Assembly: GCA_028826165.1 (NCBI GenBank)
Contig: JAPDFW010000096.1
Coordinates: forward strand, 1-64,000
DNA length: 64,000 nt
Source of the DNA: Anaeramoeba ignava BMAN
Taxonomy: Eukaryota > Protista > Anaeramoebae
Reading direction: 5' to 3'
Shown: piece after piece, positions 1-10,757 of the stretch
Layout: the number at the start of each line of letters is the position of its first letter
Position numbering within the stretch: the first letter of the stretch is position 1
The notes under the pieces: generated by a model
What the model was told of the DNA's origin: nothing
Databases searched by the model: none
The model's input: only the letters and a program-made list of their open reading frames with translations
Position numbers and translations under genes: made by a program

Positions 1-1565
1 CATAGATATAATATTCTTCATTTGAATAGTTTGCTGTTATTGTTTCATTTGTTATTGTTAAATTAAACGAACCAATATCTTCTCCATTTTGTGATTGATA
101 AGTGAAATTATAAAATGAAGGAGAAAGTGTTCCATTTGGTTCATTCCATAAACAAATAATTGTAAATGAATCTGATATTGAACAACTTAAATTAACTTCT
201 CCAAATATTGTTGTATTAATTGTTGTATTTGAAACATTTCCACATATACCATTTATATCACAAGCTGAAACATAGATATAATATTCTTGATCTGAATAAT
301 TTGCTGTTATAGTTTCATTTGTTATTGTTAAATTAAATGAACCATTATCTTCTCCATTTTGTGATTGATAAGTGAAATTATAAAATGAAGGAATAAGTGT
401 TCCATTTGGTTCATCCCATGAACATATAATTGTAAATGAATCAGATATTGAACAATTTAAATTAACTTGTCCAAATATTGTTGTAGTAACTGTTGTATTT
501 GAAGCATCTCCACATATACCATTTATATCACAAGCTGAAACATATATATAATATTCTTCATCTGAATAATTTGCTGTTATTGTTTCATTTGTTATTGTTA
601 AATTAAATGAACCAATATCTTCTCCATTTTGTGATTGATAAGTGAAATTATAAAATGAAGGAATAAGTGTTCCATTTGGTTCATTCCATGAGCAAATAAT
701 TGTAAATGAATCTGATATTGAACAATTTAAATTATTAACTTGTCCAAATATTGTTGTATTAACTATTTTATTTGAAACATCTCCACATATACCATTTATA
801 TCACAAGCTGAAACATAGATATAATATTCTTCATTTGAATAATTTGCTGTTATTGTTTCATTTGTTATTGTTAAATTAAGTGAACCAATATCTTCTCCAT
901 TTTGTGATTGATAACTGAAATTATAAAATGAAGGAGAAAGTGTTCCATTTGGTTTATCCCATAAACAAATAATTGTAAATGAATCTGATATTGAACAACT
1001 TAAATTATTAACTTGTTCAAATATTAATGTATTAACTGTTGTATTTGAAATATCTCCACATATACCATTTATATCACAAGCTGAAACATAGATATAATAT
1101 TCTTCATTTGAATAATTTGCTGTTATTGTTTCATTTGTTATTGTTAAATTAAGTGAACCAATATCTTCTCCATTTTGTGATTGATAAGTAAAATTATAAG
1201 ATGAAGGAATAAGTGTTCCATTTGGTTCATCCCATAAACAAATAATTGTAAATGAATCTGATATTGAACAATTTAAATTATTAACTTGTCCAAATATTAA
1301 TGTATTAACTGTTGTATTTGAAACATCTCCACATATACCATTTATATCACAAGCTGAAACATAGATATAATATTCTTCATTTGAATAATTTGCTGTTATT
1401 GTTTCATTTGTTATTGTTAAATTAAGTGAACCAATAACTTCTCCATTTTGTGATTGATAACTGAAATTATAAAATGAAGGAGAAAGTGTTCCATTTGGTT
1501 CATCCCATGAGCAAATAATTGTAAATGAATCAGATATTGAACAACTTAAATTAACTTGTCCAAAT
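1..1565 (-). repeat. Intragenic tandem repeat, 270-273 bp unit (90-91 aa FN3-like domain), more than 5.5 copies
   Basis: The anchor CATAGATATAATATTC (one mismatch at 541) recurs at 1, 271, 541, 814, 1087 and 1360. Unit is approximately GQVNLSCSISDSFTIICSWDEPNGTLSPSFYNFSYQSQNGEDIGSLNLTITNETITANYSNEEYYIYVSACDINGICGDVSNTT. Confidence 0.9.
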
Positions 1566-2824
1566 ATCGTTGTATTTGAAATTGTGGAAACTTCTCCTTT
1601 AGAATCTCCTTGGCATTCAGATGTTTGACAAGCCCATATTGAAATTGAATAATTGCTCCCCGAATTTAAATTACTCAAGTTGTATGAAGTAGATGAATTG
1701 TTAATAGTAGCATCTCCCACTTCTTCTTCCATATTTAAAGAATAAGAAATAGCATAATGATCAAGTTTTGGAACACCTTCAATGATTGGAACATTTGGAT
1801 AATTCCATGAAATATCAATAGATGTTGATGACAATGTTATTGCTGATAAATTTTTTACTGAATCAATTCTAGTTGTTAAATTGACTTCATTTGTAGAATT
1901 CCCACATTGATCCTCTGCATCGCAAGCTATTATTTGAATTGTGTAATTTTCATTCCCAGAAATATTTGGATAATTCGAAGAATCAAAAATTTGATAAAGA
2001 GTATTGTCTTGTACTTCCGGATTTTGAATTATATTCCAATCTCCGTTATAATTGATCTTATATGTGATATTGTCTTGAGAAACGTTATACCAATAACATT
2101 CAAAAGAAGAAAACAAAGTTGTACAGTTGATAATAGTAACATTATCTGGAGTTACTTGTTCATGAAAGTTGAGGTAATTTTGAAGATTTGAAAATGGGAT
2201 TTTGGATTCTATCCAATTTTTTCCGTTGAATTTAAACAAATAGACTGAATTTTGATTTGAATTTAGATTTGAATTTAGATTTAAATTTTGATTTAAATTT
2301 TGATTTGAATTTTGATTTGAATTTTGATTTGAATTTTGATTTGAATTTAGATTTGAATTTTGATTTGAATTTTGATTTGAATTTTGATTTAAATTTTGAT
2401 TTAAATTTTGATTTGAATTTTGATTTGAATTTATCCCCTTTGTTTGAACTAGCAAAATATCATCTTCTAAAATTGAACAACTTGAGCCAAAATAACCATT
2501 TGCAATTCCATCACTTGCAATAAGTGTTGCTTCTTTATTCCAATTTGATCCTTCCTTTCGATAAACATAAACTTTTCCTTGGTTTTTATTGTTTCTAATT
2601 GAAGCTTCAGGAAATCCTATAAGAATTAAATTTTTTGAAACACTAATTTCCTTGCCACATTTTTCTTGATAATTTTTTTGATTAAAATCTTTTGGAATGC
2701 ATTCAATTTTGTGGAAATTTGTTTTTGCTTTCTGTTTTTCTGTGATTTGGTAAGTTTTGCTATTGAAAATTGTTATTGATAAAGAAAGGAAAATTAAAAT
2801 AAAAAATAGTTTGTTTTGTTTCAT
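1..2824 (-). CDS. Secreted/surface protein: signal peptide, partial FG-GAP (integrin-alpha-like) repeats, then tandem fibronectin type III repeats; runs off the window start
   Basis: Manual translation from ATG at 2824 gives MKQNKLFFILIFLSLSITIFNS..., then LILIGFPEA..NQGKVYVYRKEGSNWNKEATLIASDGIANGYFGSS (FG-GAP-like), an in-frame (NSNQ)n insert and FN3-like segments (ISWNY..YNLSNLNSGSNYSISIWAC). No stop was seen before position 1, which explains its absence from the ORF track. Confidence 0.8.
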   Translation of the reverse strand, partial: MKQNKLFFILIFLSLSITIFNSKTYQITEKQKAKTNFHKIECIPKDFNQKNYQEKCGKEISVSKNLILIGFPEASIRNNKNQGKVYVYRKEGSNWNKEATLIASDGIANGYFGSSCSILEDDILLVQTKGINSNQNSNQNLNQNLNQNSNQNSNQNSNLNSNQNSNQNSNQNSNQNLNQNLNLNSNLNSNQNSVYLFKFNGKNWIESKIPFSNLQNYLNFHEQVTPDNVTIINCTTLFSSFECYWYNVSQDNITYKINYNGDWNIIQNPEVQDNTLYQIFDSSNYPNISGNENYTIQIIACDAEDQCGNSTNEVNLTTRIDSVKNLSAITLSSTSIDISWNYPNVPIIEGVPKLDHYAISYSLNMEEEVGDATINNSSTSYNLSNLNSGSNYSISIWACQTSECQGDSKGEVSTISNTTIFGQVNLSCSISDSFTIICSWDEPNGTLSPSFYNFSYQSQNGEVIGSLNLTITNETITANYSNEEYYIYVSACDINGICGDVSNTTVNTLIFGQVNNLNCSISDSFTIICLWDEPNGTLIPSSYNFTYQSQNGEDIGSLNLTITNETITANYSNEEYYIYVSACDINGICGDISNTTVNTLIFEQVNNLSCSISDSFTIICLWDKPNGTLSPSFYNFSYQSQNGEDIGSLNLTITNETITANYSNEEYYIYVSACDINGICGDVSNKIVNTTIFGQVNNLNCSISDSFTIICSWNEPNGTLIPSFYNFTYQSQNGEDIGSFNLTITNETITANYSDEEYYIYVSACDINGICGDASNTTVTTTIFGQVNLNCSISDSFTIICSWDEPNGTLIPSFYNFTYQSQNGEDNGSFNLTITNETITANYSDQEYYIYVSACDINGICGNVSNTTINTTIFGEVNLSCSISDSFTIICLWNEPNGTLSPSFYNFTYQSQNGEDIGSFNLTITNETITANYSNEEYYIY

Positions 2825-2989
2825 TTTAAAAAATTAAGAAAAAAAATTTTTTTGTTAATTTCTTTGTTAAAAAAAAAGAAAAAAGAAAGAAAAAAAATGA
2901 TTTTTAAATTAAAAAAAAAAAGGAAAAAAAATTTTTTTTATTTAATTTTAATTTTAATCCAATTTTCTTTTTTCTTTTGCTTTTTAAAG

Positions 2990-3438
2990 TTAATTTTGAT
3001 TTTAATTTTAATTTTAATTTTAATTTTGATTTTGATTTTAATTTTGATTTTAATTTTAATTTTAATTTTAATTTTGATTTTAATTTTAATTTTGATTTTA
3101 ATTTTAATTTTGATTTTAATTTTAATTTTGATTTTAATTTTAATTTTTATTTTAATTTTAATTTTAATTTTAATTTTAATTTTAATTTTAATTTTAATTT
3201 TGATTTTGATTTTGATTTTGATTTTGATTTTGATTTTAATTTTTGATTTTAATTTTAATTTTAATTTTAATTTTAATTTTAATTTTAATTTTAATTTTAA
3301 TTTTGATTTTGATTTTGATTTTTGATTTTGATTTTTTAATTTTAATTTTAATTTTGATTTTTAATTTTTAATTTTAATTTTAATTTTAATTTTGATTTTA
3401 ATTTTAATTTTGATTTTAATTTTAATTTTAATTTTAAT
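2990..3438. repeat. (TTTTAA/TTTTGA)n hexamer microsatellite, intergenic
   Basis: Directly visible; it produces the spurious ILIL/NFNF ORFs. Confidence 0.95.
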
Positions 3439-5239
3439 TTAAAAAATTAAACAATTTTCTTTGTTTTTCTCTTTTTTTCTTTTTTGATTTTGATTATTAA
3501 ATTTGTTAATTAATAAATCAAATAAATTTGGATTTGTTTGATTTAATTGAAAATAATCAATTCCAATTTGAATTTCATCAATTATTTCTTGTGTAATTTC
3601 AATTTCATCTTTAATTTGATTTGAATAAATCCAATATTCAAATATTTGAAATGATTTATTACTTAATTCACTATAATCTGTAACTTTATTAGAAGTATCT
3701 TCAGTTACAGATAAAAACATTCCTCGATATAATTTACTTCTCATTATTAATATTAATTTTGGGAAATTTATATTGTTTTTCTTTTCTTTCAATTATAAAA
3801 TCATTTTCATTTTCATTTAAATAAATTCTTTTCATTGTTTCTTCAATTTTTTCATTTGAATTTATAATTTCTTTAATTTCAAAATATAATATTGGATTTA
3901 TTTTGGAATTATTTGAATAAATCATTTCAAATATTTGATTTGATTCTTTAATTGATTTTTTTGAAATAATTTCTTGAAGTTTTTCAATTTCATTTTCATC
4001 TTTTAATCTATATTTCAATATTAATTTATGAGCTGAGATTATTTCTCCATTTTCTGTTTTAAATGAAATATTACAAAATTCTTTTCTTCTAAATAATTTT
4101 ATCAAATCTTCTTCAAGATTGGAAAAAGAAGGAGGAGAATAATAAATAAATGAATTGTTAAATCCACAAGAAATATGATAATTAGAAATATCTTCATTAA
4201 ATCTTAATTTAGGAAGTTCAATTTGAATTGGAATTAATTGATGTTGTTCATTTTCATTTCCTAATTGGCCATAAAAGTTATTTCCAAATGAAATAAGATT
4301 TTCTTTGGAAGTTAAAATCAAAGTATGATTAAATCCACAAGAAAAATCAAGAATATTATCATCATTCTCAAATAAAGATGATTTGATTTCAGTAAATTCA
4401 TAAATATCTTCATTTTTGCCAAGTCCATTGAATTCATAATAACCACATGAATAAAGTTTTCTTTTTGGATTTTCATTTTGATTTTCATTTTCAATCAACA
4501 TTATTGAATAAATACTTCCACATTGAATATCAACTATTTTACCTTTTGGAATATTTTGGATTTTGATTAATTTATCAATTTTCCACTCTTGTCTTAATTC
4601 ACCTAATCCAAGTTGACCATCACTATTTAATCCGCATACAAATAATTCTTGATTTGAATTTAAAAGAAAAGCATGATTTGAAGAATTTCCTAAAAATATT
4701 TTAGAAACATTTTTCATCATTAAAATTGGTTTTTCTGTTTTTTCAAGTATTTCAGAATCAAAACCAAGTTGACCATAATAATTTGAACCAATTCCATAAA
4801 CATTTTGATTTGAAGTTAATAAGTAAATTGATTTAGCTCCAGAAACAACATCTTGAATTATTCTATCATTTGTATCTTCAATTAATGATGAAATATTGAT
4901 AAATTCATTTGAATTATTTGGATTAATATCTTCTCCTTTTGCAAATACATTTCCTTCTAATGTTAAAATAGCTTCATTTTCAACGCCAGCATTTACTTTT
5001 TGAATATTTTCAATTTGGATTTTTGAAGGATTTTGTTTTGATTCTTCTTGATTTAAATATTCTATTGCTTTTCCATTTTTAAAAAGGAAAATTGTTGAAA
5101 AATTTCCTGTTGAAATTTGTTTAATTTGTTTTTCATTTTCATTTTCAAATTTAAATTGAATTGGTTTTGTTATTTTATTTGGTTCATTTTCGATAAATTT
5201 TGGATATTGATTTAAACCAAAAAATAAAATTTCATTCAT
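3439..5239 (-). CDS. RCC1-repeat + BTB/POZ protein (copy 1), 1-nt frameshift near 3762
   Basis: RCC1 motifs (GSNYYGQLG, CGFNHTLIL) and a BTB tail (AHKLIL, RGMFLSV..DYS). The sequence reads TTTTGGGAAA where paralogs read TTTTGGAAA, splitting it into ORFs 3734-5239 and 3439-3792. Confidence 0.85.
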
Positions 5240-5327
5240 TTTTGAAAAGAAAAAAATGAAAAATGATTTTTGGAATTTTAATTTTAATTTTAATTTTGAT
5301 TTTGATTTTCTTATTATTAATTAATTT

Positions 5328-6764
5328 TTAAATAAAATAAGTCTCAAGTTCATCAACTTCCCATTTATCATAAGAACCAGCTAAATAACTCTTAGCTTCA
5401 TTTGTATCAAACTTAATTCCATTAGGCAAATTGTAGCTTTGACCAAAATTCGAAAAACCATTTCTCAAATTAGATGACAAACCAATATCGGTTTCATATC
5501 CAAATCCAAAATATGGACCATAATTTGAATAAGAAAAAATTGCAAATTGTTCTTGATCTTTTCTAATTTGAAATTTCTCTGGCTTTCTGTCTCCTTTATC
5601 ATTTCTTATCGAAAAAATAAATGCAGTGGAATCGATTTGATATCCTCGATCAGGATTTGACCAAAATTGACCCCATTTTGATTTATCTTTGGGGAAAAAT
5701 CCAACTTGAGTAAAACCTCCAAAAATAAAATTATCTTTGGTTTGAATAATAACTAATGTTTTTCCTTTATCATCACAAATTGAATGCCATTTTTTAGAAT
5801 CAAATCCATCTCTTTTTGCTGAAAATCCTTTTTTCATTTTGGAAAAGAATTGATTATCATGTATCCATCTCCTTAATGCGTTAATATTTTTAATATCTTT
5901 CATGATTTCCGACGAAGTTAAACTAAATCTTGTTTTGAAAATTAATGACTTTTCTTGCTCGATAAATTGATCGATTTTATTTACATCGTTTCCAGTTTGA
6001 AGTCTTTGAAATTCAATTAATTTTTGTGAAATTTCATTCGGAAGCAAATTTTCTTTCAAAGCATCCCTAATTTCTTCTTCCATAAAATCAATAAATCTTA
6101 TTTGATGGAGAATATTTGAAATTTGATTTTGTAATTGCTGCTTGTCTTGATTAACATTTGATTTATGTTTTCCCCATTTTATTATTGATTGAAAAAGTTC
6201 AAATTCATTTGTTTGGATTTCATCATGTGATAAAATTGAATGTAAATGATTTTCTTCGAGTTGAAGAAAAAATGGAGTTTTGATAAATTCTTGAAAATTA
6301 TCCAAAATAAATTGATAAGAATAGTTCAATAATTGATTTAAGTTCATTGTTTCAGATAATTTAAGAACATCAGCAATAATTTCAAACTGTAAATTGTTTT
6401 TGATAAAATTTGAGCAATTTTCAACTAATTCATCAATTAAGTATTTTGAAGAAAAATACAAAATTTCACCAACATTTTCAAAGTGAATTTTAATTTTCCC
6501 TGAATAAAGATAAGTCAAAATTGAAGATATGGTTAAATTTGAAAAATCTTTTATAATTAATTTATTTTCTTGGAATTCTTCCGTTTTTGAATTGAAAAGA
6601 GTTCTAAAATATCGACTTCTTGATGAAAGAATTGATTTATGAGTTTTAAATGAAATTTGGTTTTGTTCACAAATTATTTCAAAATCAGAATAATTTTCCT
6701 TTTTATTTTGAAATAAATTTTTTAAATCATTTGAAAGTTTTTCTAAATTTGAATAAGTTTCCAT
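5328..6764 (-). CDS. BTB-BACK-TLDc domain protein
   Basis: N-terminal BTB (SDFEIIC..FKTHKSILSSRSRYF), BACK (EFELFQSIIKW) and TLDc (FSAKRDGF..GKTLVII..FIFGGFT..AFIFS..GPYFG..VDELETY). Confidence 0.9.
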   Translation of the reverse strand: METYSNLEKLSNDLKNLFQNKKENYSDFEIICEQNQISFKTHKSILSSRSRYFRTLFNSKTEEFQENKLIIKDFSNLTISSILTYLYSGKIKIHFENVGEILYFSSKYLIDELVENCSNFIKNNLQFEIIADVLKLSETMNLNQLLNYSYQFILDNFQEFIKTPFFLQLEENHLHSILSHDEIQTNEFELFQSIIKWGKHKSNVNQDKQQLQNQISNILHQIRFIDFMEEEIRDALKENLLPNEISQKLIEFQRLQTGNDVNKIDQFIEQEKSLIFKTRFSLTSSEIMKDIKNINALRRWIHDNQFFSKMKKGFSAKRDGFDSKKWHSICDDKGKTLVIIQTKDNFIFGGFTQVGFFPKDKSKWGQFWSNPDRGYQIDSTAFIFSIRNDKGDRKPEKFQIRKDQEQFAIFSYSNYGPYFGFGYETDIGLSSNLRNGFSNFGQSYNLPNGIKFDTNEAKSYLAGSYDKWEVDELETYFI

Positions 6765-6913
6765 TTTGAATGAAGAAAAAATGAAAAATGAAAAATGAAA
6801 AATGAAATTTTGGATTTTTAATTTTAATTTTAATTTTGATTTTAATTTTAATTTTGATTTTAATTTTAATTTTAATTTTAATTTTAATTTTGATTTTGAT
6901 TTTGATTTTAATT

Positions 6914-8710
6914 TTAATTTTGATTTTGATTATTAAATTTGTTAATTAATAAATCAAATAAATTTGGATTTGTTTGATTTAATTGAAAATAATCAATTCC
7001 AATTTGAATTTCATCAATTATTTCTTGTGTAATTTCAATTCCATCTTTAATTTGATTTGAATAAATCCAATATTCAAATATTTGGAATGATTTATTATTT
7101 AATTCACTATAATCTGTAACTTTATTAGAAGTATCTTCTGTTACAGATAAAAACATTCCTCGATATAATTCACTTCTCATTATTAATATTAATTTTGGAA
7201 ATTTATATTGTTTTTCTTTTCTTTCAATTATAAAATCTTTTTCATTTTCATTTTCATTTTCATTTAAATAAATTCTTTTAATTGTTTCTTCAATTTTTTC
7301 ATTAGAATTTATAATTTCTTTAATTTCAAAATATAATATTGGATTTATTTTGGAATTATTTGAATAAATCATTTCAAATATTTGATTTGATTCTTTAATT
7401 GATTTTTTTGAAATAATTTCTTGAAGTTTTTCATTTTGATTTTGATTTTGATTTAATCTATATTTCAATATTAATTTATGAGCTGAGATTATTTCTCCAT
7501 TTTCTGTTTTAAATGAAATATTGCAAAATTCTTTTCTTCTAAATAATTTTATCAAATCTTCTTCAAGATTGGAAAAAGAAAGAGGAGAATAATAAATAAA
7601 TGAATTGTTAAATCCACAAGAAATATGATAATTAGAAATATTTTCATTAAATTTTAATTTAGGAAGTTCAATTTGAATTGGAATTAATTGATGTTGTTCA
7701 TTTTCATTTCCTAATTGACCATAAAAGTTATTTCCAAATGAAATAAGATTTTCTTTGGAAGTTAAAATCAAAGTATGATTAAATCCACAAGAAAAATCAA
7801 GAATATTATCATCATTCTCAAATAAAGATGATTTGATTTCAGTAAATTCATAAGTACCTCTATTTTTGCCAAGTCCATTGAATTTATAATAACCACATGA
7901 ATAAAGTTTTCTTTTTGGATTTTCATTTTCATTTTCATTTTCAATCAACATTATTGAATGACAATTTCCGCATTGGATATCAATTATTTCGCCTTTTGAA
8001 ATATTTTGGATTTTGGTTAATTTATCAATTTTCCACTCTTGTCTTAATTCACCTAATCCAAGTTGGCCATCACTATTATCTCCACATCCAAATAATTCTT
8101 GATTTGAATTTAAAAGAAAAGCATGATAAGAAGAATTTCCTGAAAATATTTTAGAAACATTTTTCATCATTAAAATTGGTTTTTCTGTTTTATTAAGTGT
8201 TTTAGAATTAAAACCAAGTTGACCGTAATAATTTGAACCAATTCCATAAACATTTTGATTTGAAGTTAATAAATAAATTGAACTGTATCCAGAAACAATA
8301 TCTTGAATTATTCTATCATTTGTATCTTCAATTAATGATGAAATATTGATAAATTCATTTGGATTATTTGGATTAATATCTTCTCCTTTGGCAAATACAT
8401 TTCCTTCTATTGTTAAAATAGCTTCATTGTGAAAACCAACAGTTACTTTTTGAATATTTTCTTCAATTTGGATTTTTGAAGGATTTTGATTTGAATATTC
8501 TTCATTTAAATATTCTATTGCTTTTCCATTTTTAAAAAGGAAAATTGTTGAAAAAAAACTTGATGCAATTTGTTTAATTTGCTTTTCATTTTCATTTTCA
8601 TTTTCATTTTCATTTTCAAATTTAAATTGAATTGGTTTTGTTATTATTTCTGGTTTATTTTTGATAAGTTTTGGATATTGATTCCAACCAAAAAATATAA
8701 TTTCATTCAT
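6914..8710 (-). CDS. RCC1-repeat + BTB/POZ protein (copy 2)
   Basis: Intact 598-aa ORF, paralog of copy 1. Confidence 0.9.
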   Translation of the reverse strand: MNEIIFFGWNQYPKLIKNKPEIITKPIQFKFENENENENENEKQIKQIASSFFSTIFLFKNGKAIEYLNEEYSNQNPSKIQIEENIQKVTVGFHNEAILTIEGNVFAKGEDINPNNPNEFINISSLIEDTNDRIIQDIVSGYSSIYLLTSNQNVYGIGSNYYGQLGFNSKTLNKTEKPILMMKNVSKIFSGNSSYHAFLLNSNQELFGCGDNSDGQLGLGELRQEWKIDKLTKIQNISKGEIIDIQCGNCHSIMLIENENENENPKRKLYSCGYYKFNGLGKNRGTYEFTEIKSSLFENDDNILDFSCGFNHTLILTSKENLISFGNNFYGQLGNENEQHQLIPIQIELPKLKFNENISNYHISCGFNNSFIYYSPLSFSNLEEDLIKLFRRKEFCNISFKTENGEIISAHKLILKYRLNQNQNQNEKLQEIISKKSIKESNQIFEMIYSNNSKINPILYFEIKEIINSNEKIEETIKRIYLNENENENEKDFIIERKEKQYKFPKLILIMRSELYRGMFLSVTEDTSNKVTDYSELNNKSFQIFEYWIYSNQIKDGIEITQEIIDEIQIGIDYFQLNQTNPNLFDLLINKFNNQNQN

Positions 8711-8779
8711 TTTTGAAAAGAAAAGAAAAAAAATGAAAAAATAAATTTTGGAATTTTGATTTTGATTTTGATTTTAATT

Positions 8780-10570
8780 TTAATTATTAAATTTGTTAAT
8801 TAATAAATCAAATAAATTTGGATTTGTTTGATTTAATTGAAAATAATCAATTCCAATTTTAATTTCATCAATAATTTCTTGTGTAATTTTAATTTCATTT
8901 TTAATTTGATTTGAATAAATCCAATATTCAAATATTTGGAATGATTTATTACTTAATTCACTATAATCTGTAACTTTATTAGAAGTATCTTCAGTTACAG
9001 ATAAAAACATTCCTCGATATAATTCACTTCTCATTATTAATATTAATTTAGGAAATTTATATTGTTTTTCTTTTCTTTCAATTATAAAATCTTTTTCATT
9101 TTCATTTTCATTTTCATTTAAATAAATTCTTTTCATTGTTTCTTCAATTTTTTCATTTGAATTTATAATTTCTTTAATTTCAGAATATAATTTTGGATTT
9201 ATTTTGGAATTGTTTGAATAAATCATTTCAAATATTTGATTTGATTCTTTAATTGATTTTTTTGAAATAATTTCTTGAAGTTTTTCATTTTGATTTTGAT
9301 TTTGATTTAATCTATATTTCAATATTAATTTATGAGCTTTGATTATTTCTCCATTTTCTGTTTTAAATGAAATATCACAAAATTCTTTTCTTCTAAATAA
9401 TTTTATCAAATCTTCTTCAAGATTGGAAAAAGGAGAAGGAGAATAATAAAGAAATGATTTATAAGATCCACAAGAAATATGATAATTGGAAATATCTTCA
9501 TTAAATCTTATTTCAGGAAATTTAATTTGAATTGGAAATGTTTGATCTCCTGTATATATACTTCCTGATTGACCATAAAAATTATTTCCAAATACTATCA
9601 ATTTTGAATTAGAGGTTAAAATCAAAGTATGATTATATCCAATAGAAAAATCAATAATATTATCATCATTTTTAACTAAAGATTTGATTTCAGTAAATTC
9701 ATAAGTATCTAGATCTTTATCAAGTCCATTAACTTCCCAACTTCCACATGAATAAAATTTTCTTTTTGGATTTTCATTTTGATTTTCAATCAACATTATT
9801 GAATGAGACTTTCCACATTTGATATCAATTATTTTTCCTTTTGGAATATTTTGGATTTTGGTTAATTTTTGGATTTTCTTCTCTTCTTTTCTTTTTGATT
9901 CATTTAATCCAAGTTGGCCAGAATAATTCCATCCGCATCCAAATAATTCTTGTTTTGAATTTAAAAGAAAAGCATGATAAGAAGAATTTCCTGAAAATAT
10001 TTTAGAAACATTTTTCATCATTAAAATTGGTTTTTGTGTTTCTATTAATTTTTTAGAACCAAGTTGGCTAAGATGATTTGCACCAATTCCATAAGCATTG
10101 TGTTTTAAAGTTAATAAGTAAATTGATTTAGCTCCGGAAACAACATCTTGAATTATTCTATCTTTTTTATTTTTGATTAATGATGAAATATTGATAAATT
10201 GTTTTGGATAATTTGGAATTTTTGGATTAATATATTCTCCTTTTGCAAATACATTTCCTTCTATTGTTAAAATAGCTTCATTTTCAGAACCAACAGTTAC
10301 TTTTCGAATATTTTCTTCAATTTGGATTTTTTGAATATTTTTTCTTGAATATTCTTCATTTAAATATTCTATCGCTTTTCCATTTTTAAAAAGGAAAATT
10401 GTTCCAAAATAACCTGTTGAAATTTGTTCAATTTGTTTTTCATTTTCATTTTCATTTTCATTTTCATTTTCATTTTCAAATTTGAATTGAATTGGTTTTC
10501 TTATTTTTTCTGGTTCATTTTCAATAAGAACTGGGTGTTTATTCCAACCAAAAAATAAAATATCATTCAT
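8780..10570 (-). CDS. RCC1-repeat + BTB/POZ protein (copy 3)
   Basis: Intact 596-aa ORF with the same architecture. Confidence 0.9.
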   Translation of the reverse strand: MNDILFFGWNKHPVLIENEPEKIRKPIQFKFENENENENENENEKQIEQISTGYFGTIFLFKNGKAIEYLNEEYSRKNIQKIQIEENIRKVTVGSENEAILTIEGNVFAKGEYINPKIPNYPKQFINISSLIKNKKDRIIQDVVSGAKSIYLLTLKHNAYGIGANHLSQLGSKKLIETQKPILMMKNVSKIFSGNSSYHAFLLNSKQELFGCGWNYSGQLGLNESKRKEEKKIQKLTKIQNIPKGKIIDIKCGKSHSIMLIENQNENPKRKFYSCGSWEVNGLDKDLDTYEFTEIKSLVKNDDNIIDFSIGYNHTLILTSNSKLIVFGNNFYGQSGSIYTGDQTFPIQIKFPEIRFNEDISNYHISCGSYKSFLYYSPSPFSNLEEDLIKLFRRKEFCDISFKTENGEIIKAHKLILKYRLNQNQNQNEKLQEIISKKSIKESNQIFEMIYSNNSKINPKLYSEIKEIINSNEKIEETMKRIYLNENENENEKDFIIERKEKQYKFPKLILIMRSELYRGMFLSVTEDTSNKVTDYSELSNKSFQIFEYWIYSNQIKNEIKITQEIIDEIKIGIDYFQLNQTNPNLFDLLINKFNN

Positions 10571-10757
10571 TTTTAAAAGAAAAAATGAAAAAAAATTTTT
10601 GCTTTTTAATTTTAAAAAGGGAATTTGAATTGAATTTTGATCATTTTCTTAATTTATTTATTAATAAAGAATTTAAATTTAATTTTAATTAATTTCTATT
10701 AACAATTTTAATTTTTATTTATCATTTCACAACAAAAATATTTGATCAAATTTTGTT

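Noticed and set aside
1907-2523. Plus-strand ORFs 1907-2191 and 2257-2523
   Set aside because: Both are antisense to the long FG-GAP/FN3 coding region.
2816-3325. ORFs of [20 protein letters not shown] type (also at 23614, 25540-26155, 28735-29970, 30726-31804, 45008-45337, 47020-47320, 58294-58545, 61222-61816)
   Set aside because: They are stop-free readings of 6- or 12-nt microsatellites in introns or intergenic DNA, or real exons running on into such introns.
3755-3765. Frameshifts in several genes (3762, 19261, 37760, 46395, 55530, 57110, 57470, 58572) as programmed frameshifting or phase variation
   Set aside because: Almost all are 1-nt indels in homopolymers within multi-copy genes, the typical long-read consensus error. 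They cannot be called real or pseudogenes without reads.
7897-8154. Recurrent plus-strand ORF MNKVFFLDF.. (also 43493, 50630, 54845)
   Set aside because: It is the antisense shadow of the duplicated RCC1-BTB genes; recurrence follows from paralogy.
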